NCBI GenBank assembly: GCA_001029715.1 | Contig: CP011212.1 | Location: 530,173-594,172, forward strand | Source of the DNA: a candidate division TM6 bacterium GW2011_GWF2_28_16 | Lineage (GTDB): Bacteria > Patescibacteriota > Microgenomatia > UBA1400 > PJMF01 | Direction: 5' to 3' | DNA length: 64,000 bases | Part shown: in pieces, positions 29,079-38,834 of the stretch | Layout of the letters: each line of letters opens with the position of its first letter | Numbering within the stretch: position 1 is the stretch's first letter | Made by a program: the position numbers and the translations under genes | The notes under the pieces: generated by a model | What the model saw: only the letters and a program-made list of their open reading frames with translations | Told to the model about the DNA's origin: nothing | Databases searched by the model: none

Positions 29079-29151
29079 AGCCAAAGGTGAGGATCGAACT
29101 CACGACCTACGGTTTACGATACCGTTGCTCTACCAGCTGAGCTACTTTGGC
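29079..29151 (-). tRNA. tRNA-Thr (anticodon CGT); CCA not encoded
   Basis: Manual fold gives acceptor GCCAAAG/CTTTGGC, anticodon loop AUCGUAA, and T-loop TTCGATC. Confidence 0.8.
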
Positions 29152-29169
29152 ATTTTTGTTTATCAACTG

Positions 29170-29240
29170 AGCGACCAGAGGGAGTCGGACCCTCACTTCA
29201 AGCTTGGGAAGCTAGCGTTCTACCGCTAAACCATGGTCGC
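29170..29240 (-). tRNA. tRNA-Gly (anticodon CCC) with an unusual T-loop, TCCGACT
   Basis: The sequence aligns along its length to E. coli tRNA-Gly(CCC). Anticodon loop UUCCCAA, discriminator U, and position 55 is C instead of U. Confidence 0.65.
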
Positions 29241-29253
29241 TTACTTTAGATGA

Positions 29254-29262
29254 AATTATAGC
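29254..29262 (-). promoter_or_regulatory. Extended -10 (TGcTATAAT) promoter for the tRNA-Gly/tRNA-Thr transcription unit
   Basis: The minus-strand sequence TGCTATAAT lies about 15 nt upstream of the tRNA-Gly 5' end. Confidence 0.4.
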
Positions 29263-29340
29263 ATTTAGCTTTCACTAAGTTCATTGAGATAAATCATCTA
29301 ACACGATATAGTATGATTTGAATAAAACGAGAAAGGACTT

Positions 29341-29649
29341 ATGGAAGAATACATGGGTTTGATGTCAACAGATTTATTAGAAAAATCTCCAGCTATAAAA
29401 GACTTAATGGAAAAGTTTGAGAATAAACTTCCAAGTCATTTTGGAAAAGCAAGATTTATTGTAGCTCCACTAAATATAAATCTAGAACATGTCATAAGAG
29501 CTGACTGTCCAGAATGTAAAACCAGAGCCGTTGTTCATGTCGTTAGAAAAGACTATGTTCTCAATATTAAGGAAGTAGACCAGAGTGGGGAAATAAAGAT
29601 ATCTTACGATAGAACTTCAGGGTGTTGCGATAAGTGTAAAAAATTATAG
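29341..29649 (+). CDS. Hypothetical small protein with a C4 zinc-ribbon (CPECK...CCDKCKK)
   Basis: 102 aa with two Cys pairs spaced like a zinc ribbon. No other motif. Confidence 0.35.
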   Translation: MEEYMGLMSTDLLEKSPAIKDLMEKFENKLPSHFGKARFIVAPLNINLEHVIRADCPECKTRAVVHVVRKDYVLNIKEVDQSGEIKISYDRTSGCCDKCKKL

Positions 29650-29655
29650 CAAACT

Positions 29656-29871
29656 TTAATGCTGCTTTTCTAACTTACAACTGTTAAAAAAACCAATAGC
29701 CACTACTTTTAAAAATGTAGACATTTTTGCTGGCTCAACAGTGCTTGCAATAAACAATGCTAAATTATTTGCAAAATCCTCATCTGAAACAAAACCTAGC
29801 TCGCCAGCTATTTTGTCTGCATTTGCTACTGTCCAATTGCTCTTATCTCCTAAATCAAGTTGTTCGCTCAT
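29656..29871 (-). CDS. Hypothetical protein (71 aa)
   Basis: An ATG-initiated ORF between the two plus-strand small genes. Confidence 0.25.
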   Translation of the reverse strand: MSEQLDLGDKSNWTVANADKIAGELGFVSDEDFANNLALFIASTVEPAKMSTFLKVVAIGFFNSCKLEKQH

Positions 29872-29954
29872 AATTGATTATTGTAGCATATTAATAGATC
29901 AATCTTAATCATTGACGAATCATTAATAAATTTATAAGATTTAACCCTTATCCT

Positions 29955-30332
29955 ATGGCAAAATCATCTGCTGAATTCGAGAAAAGATTCATAAAAAATG
30001 CTAAAATAGCTGGTTTTTTAGTAGAAAACCCAAAACCAATTGTAGCTAATCAGGCAGTTGAAGATAGAAATGGCAAAATTAGAAAAATTAAAACTTTACC
30101 AGACTGTTTTATTATTGAACCTATAAACCGACTTTCCATGCATGTTGAAATTACCAATGGCTCTGGCAATAATAATCATAAAGCCGCACAGCAAAGAGTA
30201 GTTAAAGCAGCTGGAATTAAAAATTACATGATGTTAACTGGAAACCAAGTTGAAGAATTTTGCGAGAAAGAAACACCAGCTGATAAAAGATTGTTTCTGC
30301 TCACCATTTTTGGATGGCTAAATTTACTTTGA
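29955..30332 (+). CDS. Hypothetical small protein with a PD-(D/E)xK-like nuclease motif
   Basis: LPDCFIIEP...MHVEITNGSG...K resembles the PD...E.K core of Hjc/VRR-NUC-type endonucleases. The similarity is weak. Confidence 0.3.
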   Translation: MAKSSAEFEKRFIKNAKIAGFLVENPKPIVANQAVEDRNGKIRKIKTLPDCFIIEPINRLSMHVEITNGSGNNNHKAAQQRVVKAAGIKNYMMLTGNQVEEFCEKETPADKRLFLLTIFGWLNLL

Positions 30333-30497
30333 AATTTATAGGGCTTTGTCTAGTGAATATTTAAGCATTGACGACATCGGGATCACCCTACGGGTACTAG
30401 CCACGCGTTTCGACTTCCAAAATTTGAAAACATTCCAAGTTCGCTTGGCGGCGCGAACTAAAAAGCTTAATCACTCTTTGGGATCATAAAATAAAAA

Positions 30498-30527
30498 ATC
30501 CAGACATTAGTCTGGAATTTTTATTTT
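30498..30527. terminator. Bidirectional intrinsic terminator (UCCAGAC-auua-GUCUGGA flanked by A-run and U-run)
   Basis: A perfect 7-bp hairpin with A6 upstream and T5/T4 downstream. On the minus strand it directly follows tRNA-Asp. Confidence 0.55.
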
Positions 30528-30528
30528 G

Positions 30529-30601
30529 CGACCTCGATCGGGATCGAACCGACGATCTTCTCCGTGACAGGGAGACATGTTAACCACTACACCACGAGGC
30601 C
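30529..30601 (-). tRNA. tRNA-Asp (anticodon GTC); CCA not encoded
   Basis: Acceptor GGCCTCG/CGAGGTC, anticodon loop CUGUCAC, T-loop TTCGATC, discriminator G. Confidence 0.85.
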
Positions 30602-30744
30602 GTTTCTTCTTTTAAGGTCTTTATTATAACCAATAGAAGCTCTCCTGTCAGCACTTACTTTGCTTTTTCTACGTATAGCGGAAAGAAGACAAATTTGCAT
30701 AGAAATGCTACAATAATTTTCAAATATAAATAAAAAAGGATCTT

Positions 30745-31326
30745 ATGATGATTGCATTAATTGTTATTTTAGCCGTAATCTTTTTATACGTGATTGGAAT
30801 TTATAATTCCCTCCAAACTCTCAAAACTCAAATCAAGGCTAGTATCCAAGAAATTGGCAATCAATTAAAACGCCAGGCTGGTTTAATCCCAAATCTTGAA
30901 GTAGCTGTCAAAGGTCAACTCAAGCATGAGCAGGGTATTTATAAAATGCTCACCGAAGCTCGCCAATCAGTAGCTAAGGCCGATGCCTCTGGTTCAGCCA
31001 AGGATATTGATCAAGCAGTAGCTAAAATTCAAAATTTAATTCCACAGATTCAAGTGGTTGTGGAAAGTAATCCAGAATTAAAAGCTAACGAAGCTATTAC
31101 TAAATTTATGGATGAATTGACTGATACTGCAGATAAGCTTACCTATGCTCGTCGTAGTGTGATTGATTTATCTCAGAATTTCAATGAAAAATTAGTAGTT
31201 TTCCCTTCTAACATTATTGCCAATATCTTCGGTTTCAAAGAAGAAAAAGGTATTGCTACTTCAACTACTGGAGCTCATATGGAAGTCAGCAGTGAAGAGG
31301 AAAAAAGCCCTAAAGTTAACCTCTAA
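30745..31326 (+). CDS. lemA: LemA family protein
   Basis: N-terminal TM followed by the LemA core (IGIYNSLQTLKTQIKASIQEIGNQLKRQAGLIPNL). Preceded by an extended -10 TGCTACAAT and an AGGA. Confidence 0.8.
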   Translation: MMIALIVILAVIFLYVIGIYNSLQTLKTQIKASIQEIGNQLKRQAGLIPNLEVAVKGQLKHEQGIYKMLTEARQSVAKADASGSAKDIDQAVAKIQNLIPQIQVVVESNPELKANEAITKFMDELTDTADKLTYARRSVIDLSQNFNEKLVVFPSNIIANIFGFKEEKGIATSTTGAHMEVSSEEEKSPKVNL

Positions 31327-31331
31327 AATCT

Positions 31332-32240
31332 ATGACTCATTATCAGTTAGTTGCAAAAAATAAGCGACGCTCTTTTCTGATAGTTTTTTTATTCATTGCT
31401 TTTATAGTCGGCGCTTCCTATGTAATGGCAAAAGGTTTTGGCTATTCTTTAGATATAGTCGCTTGGGCTTTGGTTTTCTCTGGAGTGACTTCTTTTTTCA
31501 GTTATTTTTACAGCGATAAAATTATTTTAGGTATCTCTGGTGCCAAGGAAGCTAGCAGAAAAGAATTCTTTGATTTCTACACTGTTACTGAAAATATTTG
31601 TATGGGGCAAAAAATGCCCATGCCTAAACTTTATGTCATTGAAGACAGTGCCATGAATGCTTTTGCAACTGGTCGCAATCCAAAACATGCAGTGGTTTGC
31701 GCTACTACAGGATTACTGGGCCACTTAAACCGTTCTGAAATTGAAGCGGTAGTTGCTCATGAAATAAGCCATGTTAAAAATTATGACATTTTATTAATGT
31801 CTACTGTTTCGGTTTTGGTTGGTTTAATTGCCTTATTAGCTGACTGGTTTATGAGAATGTCCTTTTGGGGCGGTAAAAAGAGAGATAGTGACAATAATCA
31901 ACTTGGAGCCATAATGGCTATCTTGGCAATAATTCTAGCTATTCTTTCACCAATCATTGCTCAATTAATTCAGCTAGCAATTTCTCGACGCCGAGAATTT
32001 TTAGCTGACGCTGGAAGTGCAGCTATTAGTAAAAATCCAGAAGGATTAATTAAGGCTCTAGAAAAAATTAGTGCTGATAAAGAACCTCTTGAATCAGCCA
32101 ACAAAGCCACCGCTCATCTTTACATCAGTAACCCACTTAAAAATACTAAAGGTGCTGTGCATGCTTTTGCCAAACTCTTTAATACTCATCCTCCAATGGA
32201 GGAAAGAATTGCCGCATTAAAACAAATGAGTATTAAATAA
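31332..32240 (+). CDS. htpX: Zinc metalloprotease HtpX (M48 family)
   Basis: HEISHVKNYD (HExxH) between TM helices. The lemA-htpX pairing is a common conserved gene pair. Confidence 0.8.
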   Translation: MTHYQLVAKNKRRSFLIVFLFIAFIVGASYVMAKGFGYSLDIVAWALVFSGVTSFFSYFYSDKIILGISGAKEASRKEFFDFYTVTENICMGQKMPMPKLYVIEDSAMNAFATGRNPKHAVVCATTGLLGHLNRSEIEAVVAHEISHVKNYDILLMSTVSVLVGLIALLADWFMRMSFWGGKKRDSDNNQLGAIMAILAIILAILSPIIAQLIQLAISRRREFLADAGSAAISKNPEGLIKALEKISADKEPLESANKATAHLYISNPLKNTKGAVHAFAKLFNTHPPMEERIAALKQMSIK

Positions 32241-32269
32241 CCAGAGGAAATGTGGTAAACTAAGCAACG

Positions 32270-32575
32270 ATGTCAGTTAATAACACACAAGTTAAACACA
32301 TTGCCCAATTAGCCAATATTCCCGTTACAGAAGAAGAAAGCATCGACTTAGCTGATGATTTCACAGAAACCCTAAAAATTGTTGATCAGCTCAAAAAAGC
32401 AGAAGTCAAAAAAACCGAGATTACTCATCAAGTAACTGGTTTTAAAAACGTTTTCCGCGAAGATATTGTTAAAGAAGAACAGAGTTTTACCCAAGAAGAA
32501 GCTTTAGCTAATGCCAAAGCTACTTATAAAGGTTATTTTGTTGTACCTTACATTTTACAAAACAAGGATAATTAG
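32270..32575 (+). CDS. gatC: Glu-tRNA(Gln)/Asp-tRNA(Asn) amidotransferase subunit C
   Basis: About 100 aa. VKHIAQLANIPVTEEE is GatC-like, and it lies immediately upstream of gatA. Confidence 0.8.
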   Translation: MSVNNTQVKHIAQLANIPVTEEESIDLADDFTETLKIVDQLKKAEVKKTEITHQVTGFKNVFREDIVKEEQSFTQEEALANAKATYKGYFVVPYILQNKDN

Positions 32576-32577
32576 CG

Positions 32578-33960
32578 ATGAAATTAAATGAACTAACGCT
32601 CAAAGAGAGCATTGATGCTTTAGATAAAAAAGAGATTACTCTTGAAGAAATTTATAAAGATCTGGATCAAGCCTGCCAAGCTAAAAACGAAAAACTAAAT
32701 ATTTATTTAAGTATCAACTCAAAAGCTCTTATAGAAGCTAAAAAAGCTAGCAAAAAACCACTTCGTGGCTTACCAATCGCTGTTAAAGATAATTTCTGTA
32801 CCAAAGGTATAGTAACTACAGCTTCTTCCAAAGTACTTGATGGTTTCATACCTCAATATGAATCCACTGTTACTGAAAGATTAAAGGCTAGCGGTGGTGT
32901 CATTTATGGCAAAACCAATATGGACGCTTGGGCTCATGGTTCTTCCACTGAAACCAGCGATTATGGTCGAACCCTCAATCCTCGAAATTCTGATCATTTA
33001 CCAGGTGGATCTTCTGGCGGTAGCGCAGCTGCCATCGCTGCAGATTTTGCTGTAGCGGCCATTGGTAGTGAAACTGCTGGCTCTATCAGACAGCCAGCCG
33101 CTTGGTGTGGAGCTGTTGGTTTCAAACCAACTTATGGCAGAGTCAGTCGCTTTGGCGTCATCGCCATGGCTTCATCTACTGATAGCCCAGGACCAATTGC
33201 TAAAACTGTTGAAGACGCTTGTATTTTACTCAATGCTTTTGCTGGCCCAGATGAAAAAGATGGCACTAGTAATAAAGAAAAGGCTCCAGATTTTACTAGT
33301 TTTCTTGATCAAAGCATCAAGGGTATGAAAATTGGTGTTATCTACCAAGACGTTAAAGAAATCAAAGAAACTAACCAAAAATTACTCAAGGAATTAGAGA
33401 TTCTCAAAGAACTCGGTGCTACGGTCGAACTCGTTCAAGCCATGGATCCTCATCAAGCAATTGGTGTTTACACAGTGGTGCAGAGAGCTGAAGTAAGCAG
33501 TAATTTGGCTCGTTATGACGGTATTCGCTATGGCGGAGATCGCTCTAATTTTGGCGATGAAGCCAAGAGACGTATTATGCTTGGCACTTTTACTTTGACC
33601 AAAGGCTATGCAGATCGTTATTACAATTTAGCTCAAAAAGTTCGCACTCTTTATCTTAATGACTATAAAGAATTATTCAAAAAATACGACGTTCTGGTTT
33701 CTCCAACTTCGCCATCTTTTGCCAAAGAAGTCGGTGCTTCTTTTAGTTCACCAATGTTTGGAGAATTAGAAGATATGTTGCTTGAAGCTAGCTCAATCAC
33801 TGGATTACCAGGAATTAATGTGCCTTTTTATCGTGACGAAAAAACCAATCTTTACCTCGGTGCAAATTTTATTGCTCCAATGTGGAGAGAAGATTTAGTG
33901 ATCAAAGTCGCTGACGCTTTCGAAAAAAACACTAAATGGAATTCATGGAGAAATAAATAA
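32578..33960 (+). CDS. gatA: Amidotransferase subunit A
   Basis: Amidase signature GGSSGGSAAAIA and the catalytic Ser-cisSer-Lys context. The stop overlaps the gatB ATG (TAATG). Confidence 0.9.
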   Translation: MKLNELTLKESIDALDKKEITLEEIYKDLDQACQAKNEKLNIYLSINSKALIEAKKASKKPLRGLPIAVKDNFCTKGIVTTASSKVLDGFIPQYESTVTERLKASGGVIYGKTNMDAWAHGSSTETSDYGRTLNPRNSDHLPGGSSGGSAAAIAADFAVAAIGSETAGSIRQPAAWCGAVGFKPTYGRVSRFGVIAMASSTDSPGPIAKTVEDACILLNAFAGPDEKDGTSNKEKAPDFTSFLDQSIKGMKIGVIYQDVKEIKETNQKLLKELEILKELGATVELVQAMDPHQAIGVYTVVQRAEVSSNLARYDGIRYGGDRSNFGDEAKRRIMLGTFTLTKGYADRYYNLAQKVRTLYLNDYKELFKKYDVLVSPTSPSFAKEVGASFSSPMFGELEDMLLEASSITGLPGINVPFYRDEKTNLYLGANFIAPMWREDLVIKVADAFEKNTKWNSWRNK

Positions 33961-35300
33961 TGCCATACAAACTCGTTTGTGGACTAGAGGTTCACGCTGA
34001 ACTAAAAACCAAATCTAAAATGTTTTGTTCTTGTAAGAATGATCCTTTTGGTGCTCCAAAACCAAATCTTTATACTTGTCCTGTTTGTCTTGGTATGCCT
34101 GGCGCACTACCAGTTGCTAATCGCAAAGCCATCGAATGGACTATCAAATTAGGCTTGGCACTACACTGCCAAATTAATCTTTTTTCTAAATTCGATCGTA
34201 AAAACTATTTCTACGCAGATTTACCAAAAGGCTATCAAATTAGCCAGTATGACATTCCTTTCTGTCATGACGGTTATCTCGACACTAGTGAGGGAAGAGT
34301 TGGCATTCATCGCATTCATTTAGAAGAAGACACTGCTAAACTTTCTCATCAAGAAATTGATTTTGATGGCGACGGAGAGTTAGATAAGGTCACTCTAATT
34401 GATTTTAATCGCAGTAGTGTTCCTCTTGTGGAAATTGTGACTGAGCCAGATATTATTTCGGCTACTCAAGCCAAAGAATACGGTCAGAAATTGCGTCAGA
34501 TCATGCGCTATTTAGATATCGCTAATTGCGATATGGAAAAAGGTGGCATGCGTCTGGAAGCCAATATTTCTTTGCGCAGAGAAGGTAAAAATGAATTGCC
34601 AGATTATAAAGTTGAATGTAAAAATATTAATTCTTTTAAATTTTTAGAAGCGGCTATTAATTTTGAAGTTGATCGCCAAACTACTATTTTACAAAATGGC
34701 GAACAGCCAATCCAAGAAACTCGTGGTTATAATTCAACTACTGGCAAAACTTTTTCACAACGCAGTAAGGAAGACGCCGCTGATTACAGATATTTCCCAG
34801 ATCCAGATCTTCCACCTATTGAATTTACTACTGAAGAAATTGAAACAATTCGCAGTGAAATTCCAGAATTACCAGCAGAAAAAACTACTCGTTTTATGAG
34901 TGAATATAATCTCAATGAAAAAAGTGCTAAAAATCTAGCTATTAATATGGAACAGGCTCTTTTCTTTGAAAAAATTCTTAAAGAGGCTAAAAAAGAAAAT
35001 CTCGATCCTCAAAAATTAATTAATAATTTGCTTAACGGAAAAATTAAATTTAGTTTCGACGAGAAAATTAGTGTTATCATTGCTAAATTCAAAGCCATCA
35101 GCAGTAATGAAAACATTGATGAAAAAGAGCTTCAACTAGCCATTGATAAAGTTCTGAACGCAGAGAAAGATGCCGTAGCTAAATATAAAGCCGGCAAAAC
35201 TGTTGTTACTGGATTTTTAATTGGTTGCGTAATGAAAGAACTGGGTAAAAAAGCAGATGTTATTCAGGTCAAACAACAATTAATTGCTACTCTCAGTTAA
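33960..35300 (+). CDS. gatB: Amidotransferase subunit B
   Basis: MPYKLVCGLEVHAELKTKSKMFCSC matches the GatB N-terminus. Confidence 0.9.
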   Translation: MPYKLVCGLEVHAELKTKSKMFCSCKNDPFGAPKPNLYTCPVCLGMPGALPVANRKAIEWTIKLGLALHCQINLFSKFDRKNYFYADLPKGYQISQYDIPFCHDGYLDTSEGRVGIHRIHLEEDTAKLSHQEIDFDGDGELDKVTLIDFNRSSVPLVEIVTEPDIISATQAKEYGQKLRQIMRYLDIANCDMEKGGMRLEANISLRREGKNELPDYKVECKNINSFKFLEAAINFEVDRQTTILQNGEQPIQETRGYNSTTGKTFSQRSKEDAADYRYFPDPDLPPIEFTTEEIETIRSEIPELPAEKTTRFMSEYNLNEKSAKNLAINMEQALFFEKILKEAKKENLDPQKLINNLLNGKIKFSFDEKISVIIAKFKAISSNENIDEKELQLAIDKVLNAEKDAVAKYKAGKTVVTGFLIGCVMKELGKKADVIQVKQQLIATLS

Positions 35301-35371
35301 CAATTTTACAAATCCCCTCATTAATGCTAGACTTTTCCAGAGGTTAGTTATTTGTTTTTTCTTAAATTTAT

Positions 35372-38300
35372 ATGCCTAAGCAAGATTTTGTTCACCTGCA
35401 TGTTCACACTGAATATTCAATGTTGGATGGTTTGACGAAGGTTGTTGATCTAGTTAAAAAAGTCAAAAGCCTTGATCAATCAGCCGTTGCCATTACCGAT
35501 CACGGCAATATGCATGGCAATATTTCTTTTTATAATGAGTGTAAGAAAGAAGGCATCAAGCCTATCATTGGCACTGAGATCTATTTAGCTAAAAACTCCC
35601 GCTTTGACAAACAGATTCGCATGGGAAGTGATCAGTTCCATTTGACTTTGTTAGCCCAAAATTACATTGGTTATAAAAATTTGATGAAAATGGTGACCAT
35701 CGCTAACTTTGAAGGTTTTTCATACAAGCCTCGTATCGATGATGAAATTTTGGAAAAATATAGTGAAGGAATTATTTTACTAAGTGGCTGCATGAGTAGC
35801 CAAACTAGCCGATTACTCATGGAGGGTAAAGAAGAAAAAGCTTTAGAAATATTTAAAAAATATAAAAAAATCTTTAAAGATCGTTTCTATGTTGAAATTC
35901 AAAATGCTCCCCACATTGAAGAAAGTAAACCCCTACGTGAGAAGCTGATCCAGGTTGCCCGCCAATTAGATCTTCCACTGGTTGCTACCAATGACTCCCA
36001 TTATTTAGAAAAAGAAGATGCTGAGGCTCAGGATGCTCTTCTATGTGTCCAAACTCGCAAGCTAATTGCTGATGAAAAAAGAATGAAAATGGTTGATAAA
36101 CCAGACTTTTATCTCAAATCAACCGAGGAAATGATCGAGCTCTTCTCTGATGTTCCAGAGGCAATAGAAAATACCATTAAAATTGCAGAAGGCTGTAATT
36201 TCGAAATTCCAACTGGAAACTTAATTTTTCCAAGTTACGAATTGCCAAAAGGAGAAACTTACGAAACCTATTTATATAAATTAAGTTTTGAAGGAGCCAA
36301 GAAAAAATACGGCAAAATTACTCCAGAAATTAAAAAAAGACTTGAATACGAGATTGGCATTATTAATGACAAAGGTTATCCTGCTTACTTTTTAATCACT
36401 CAAGATTTTGTTAACTGGGCCAAAGATCAGGGTATTGCTGTTGGACCGGGTAGAGGAAGTGCTGCGGGATCAATTGTTTCCTATTCACTTAATATCACTA
36501 CTCTTGATCCTTTAGAGCACGGCTTACCTTTTGAACGATTTCTTAATCCAGAACGTCCCACACCTCCTGACGTTGATATTGATTTTGCTGATATTAAACG
36601 TGATGAAGTTATCAATTATGTAGCTAAAAAATACGGTGAGGATCACGTAGCAGCTGTCATTACTTTTGGAAGAATGGAAGCTAGAGTAGCGGTGCGCGAT
36701 ATTGGTCGCGTTTTGGGTATGTCTTATGAAGATCCTGATCGCGTAGCTAAATTAATTCCTAACGAACCAGGTAAAAAAGTTTCTATTAAATCAGCCATTG
36801 AAACCATCCCAGAACTAGCTAGCTTATATAAACAAGATAAATTTAAACGCTTGCTTGATCTCGCTTCTAAAGTTGAGGGCACTATTAGACATTCTGGGAT
36901 GCATGCTTGTGCCATTATTATTGCTGATAAACCTCTAGATAATTACACACCAATTCAAAAAGATTCTCGCTCAGGTAAAACTTTGACTCAATTGGACATG
37001 TATTCAATGGACTGCAATATTGATGACAATGCCATTGGTTTACTTAAATTCGATTTTCTTGGATTGCGTAATTTATCCATTATCCAGGAAGCTCTTAAGC
37101 TGATTAAAAAATATAAAAATGAAGATATTGAAATTGATAAGATCCCTACCGACGATAAAAAAACTTTTGATCTTTTGGCCTCCGGTGAAACCACTGGCGT
37201 TTTTCAGCTTGAATCAGCCGGCATGCGACGTGTAGCTAAATCACTTAAACCTAGTGTTTTTTCAGATATTACTGCTATGGTGGCCCTTTATCGTCCAGGT
37301 CCAATGGATCTTATTCCTCGTTTTATTGAAGGCAAACATAATCCAGAATCAATTGAATATCCTCATGATTCTCTCAAACCATTTCTAGAACAAACTTACG
37401 GCATCATGGTTTACCAAGAGCAGATTTTGGAAATTGTTCACTTTATGGCTGGCTATAGTTTGGGTGAAGCCGACATGCTTCGTCGCGCCATTGGTAAAAA
37501 GAAAAAGAAAATTCTTGATAAAAACAAAAGCCGTTTCATCAAACAATCAGTGGAAAAAGGCTATAAAAAAGAAACTGTTGAAAAGATTTGGGGCTTTATT
37601 GAAGCCTTTGCTAACTACGGATTCAATAAAGCCCACGCAGCTTCTTATGCCATGATTGCCTACGAAACTGCTTGGCTTAAAGCCAATTTTCCGGTTGAAT
37701 ACATGACCTCACTGATGAGTGTTGAATCAAATTCTCACTCGATGAATCGTGATGAAAAGATTGCCGTCGCCATTGAAAATTGTCGCAAAATGGGTATTAA
37801 AATTCTCGCTCCAGACATCAATCTTTCTGGCCAAGACTTTACCATTGAAGAAGATAAAACCTCCAAAGAAAACATGGCCATTCGCTTTGGTTTGACTGCC
37901 ATTAAACATGTTGGTAAAGCCGCTATTGAGAACATTCTTGAAACAAGGAAAAAAGAAAATAAATTTACTTCTTTTACTCATTTTATTCAAGCTACTGATA
38001 GTCGCAAGGTTAATAAAACTACTCTGGAATGTTTAATCAAAGTCGGAGCCATGGATCGCTTTGCTACTAGAGCTTCAATGCTAGAAAATCTTGAAAGTAT
38101 CCGCCAAACCGCTGGTCAATTTCAATCAGAGATAGATGGCCAAGATCATCTCTTTGCTGATGTGGGCGAAAAAAGCACTGAAGTTAAGGATAGCTTTCTT
38201 AAACTTAAAGAATATCCAGAGGCTGAACTACTATCTTTTGAAAAAGAATTGTTGGGTCTATATCTAACTGATCACCCTTTAGCTGATGCTCTCAATTTGG

Positions 38301-38830
38301 TTAACAAGAGAGCTAATATGAGAATTGGCGAGCTTGATCCAGAATTTAGCCAAGACCAAGTCTTTCTTTTTGGTGGACTTCTTAGTCGTTTCAAAGAAAT
38401 TACCACTAAAAAAGGTCAAAAAATGGCTTTTGCCACTCTAGAAGATCAAACTGGTAAAGCTGAACTAATTATTTTTCCACGAACCTACGGAGAACTGGGC
38501 TTTCAGCTAGAACAAGATCAAGTGGTTTTAGTGAGAGGTAAAGTTCAACATGAGGAAGAGGAGTTTAAAATCATCGCCGAAAAAATCGTCATTCCTAAAG
38601 ATGAAGATGTTGAATTTTCCAAAGATCATGATTATAAAGAAATTTTTGTACCACGCAAAACTTCGCCAGAGACTCTCAAAGAACTCGGTGCGCTTCTCAA
38701 AGCCAACCTAGGCGATGAAAAAGTGGTGATTATTATTCCAAACGGTGCCAATCCAGAACGAATAGTTTTACCATACAAAGTCAATTATAATGATGAGCTA
38801 GTCATAAAAATTGCAAAAATCTTGACTTAA
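35372..38830 (+). CDS. dnaE: DNA polymerase III alpha subunit
   Basis: PHP domain (FVHLHVHTEYSMLDG), polymerase core, and a C-terminal OB fold. 1152 aa. Confidence 0.9.
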   Translation: MPKQDFVHLHVHTEYSMLDGLTKVVDLVKKVKSLDQSAVAITDHGNMHGNISFYNECKKEGIKPIIGTEIYLAKNSRFDKQIRMGSDQFHLTLLAQNYIGYKNLMKMVTIANFEGFSYKPRIDDEILEKYSEGIILLSGCMSSQTSRLLMEGKEEKALEIFKKYKKIFKDRFYVEIQNAPHIEESKPLREKLIQVARQLDLPLVATNDSHYLEKEDAEAQDALLCVQTRKLIADEKRMKMVDKPDFYLKSTEEMIELFSDVPEAIENTIKIAEGCNFEIPTGNLIFPSYELPKGETYETYLYKLSFEGAKKKYGKITPEIKKRLEYEIGIINDKGYPAYFLITQDFVNWAKDQGIAVGPGRGSAAGSIVSYSLNITTLDPLEHGLPFERFLNPERPTPPDVDIDFADIKRDEVINYVAKKYGEDHVAAVITFGRMEARVAVRDIGRVLGMSYEDPDRVAKLIPNEPGKKVSIKSAIETIPELASLYKQDKFKRLLDLASKVEGTIRHSGMHACAIIIADKPLDNYTPIQKDSRSGKTLTQLDMYSMDCNIDDNAIGLLKFDFLGLRNLSIIQEALKLIKKYKNEDIEIDKIPTDDKKTFDLLASGETTGVFQLESAGMRRVAKSLKPSVFSDITAMVALYRPGPMDLIPRFIEGKHNPESIEYPHDSLKPFLEQTYGIMVYQEQILEIVHFMAGYSLGEADMLRRAIGKKKKKILDKNKSRFIKQSVEKGYKKETVEKIWGFIEAFANYGFNKAHAASYAMIAYETAWLKANFPVEYMTSLMSVESNSHSMNRDEKIAVAIENCRKMGIKILAPDINLSGQDFTIEEDKTSKENMAIRFGLTAIKHVGKAAIENILETRKKENKFTSFTHFIQATDSRKVNKTTLECLIKVGAMDRFATRASMLENLESIRQTAGQFQSEIDGQDHLFADVGEKSTEVKDSFLKLKEYPEAELLSFEKELLGLYLTDHPLADALNLVNKRANMRIGELDPEFSQDQVFLFGGLLSRFKEITTKKGQKMAFATLEDQTGKAELIIFPRTYGELGFQLEQDQVVLVRGKVQHEEEEFKIIAEKIVIPKDEDVEFSKDHDYKEIFVPRKTSPETLKELGALLKANLGDEKVVIIIPNGANPERIVLPYKVNYNDELVIKIAKILT

Positions 38831-38834
38831 AAAT

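Noticed and set aside
30360-30480. The GC-rich segment as SRP RNA (ffs), 6S RNA or a tmRNA fragment
   Set aside because: No GGAAGCAGCC-type SRP domain IV motif, no tRNA-like T-arm, and no ORF. I kept it only as an unexplained structured element inside the islet finding.
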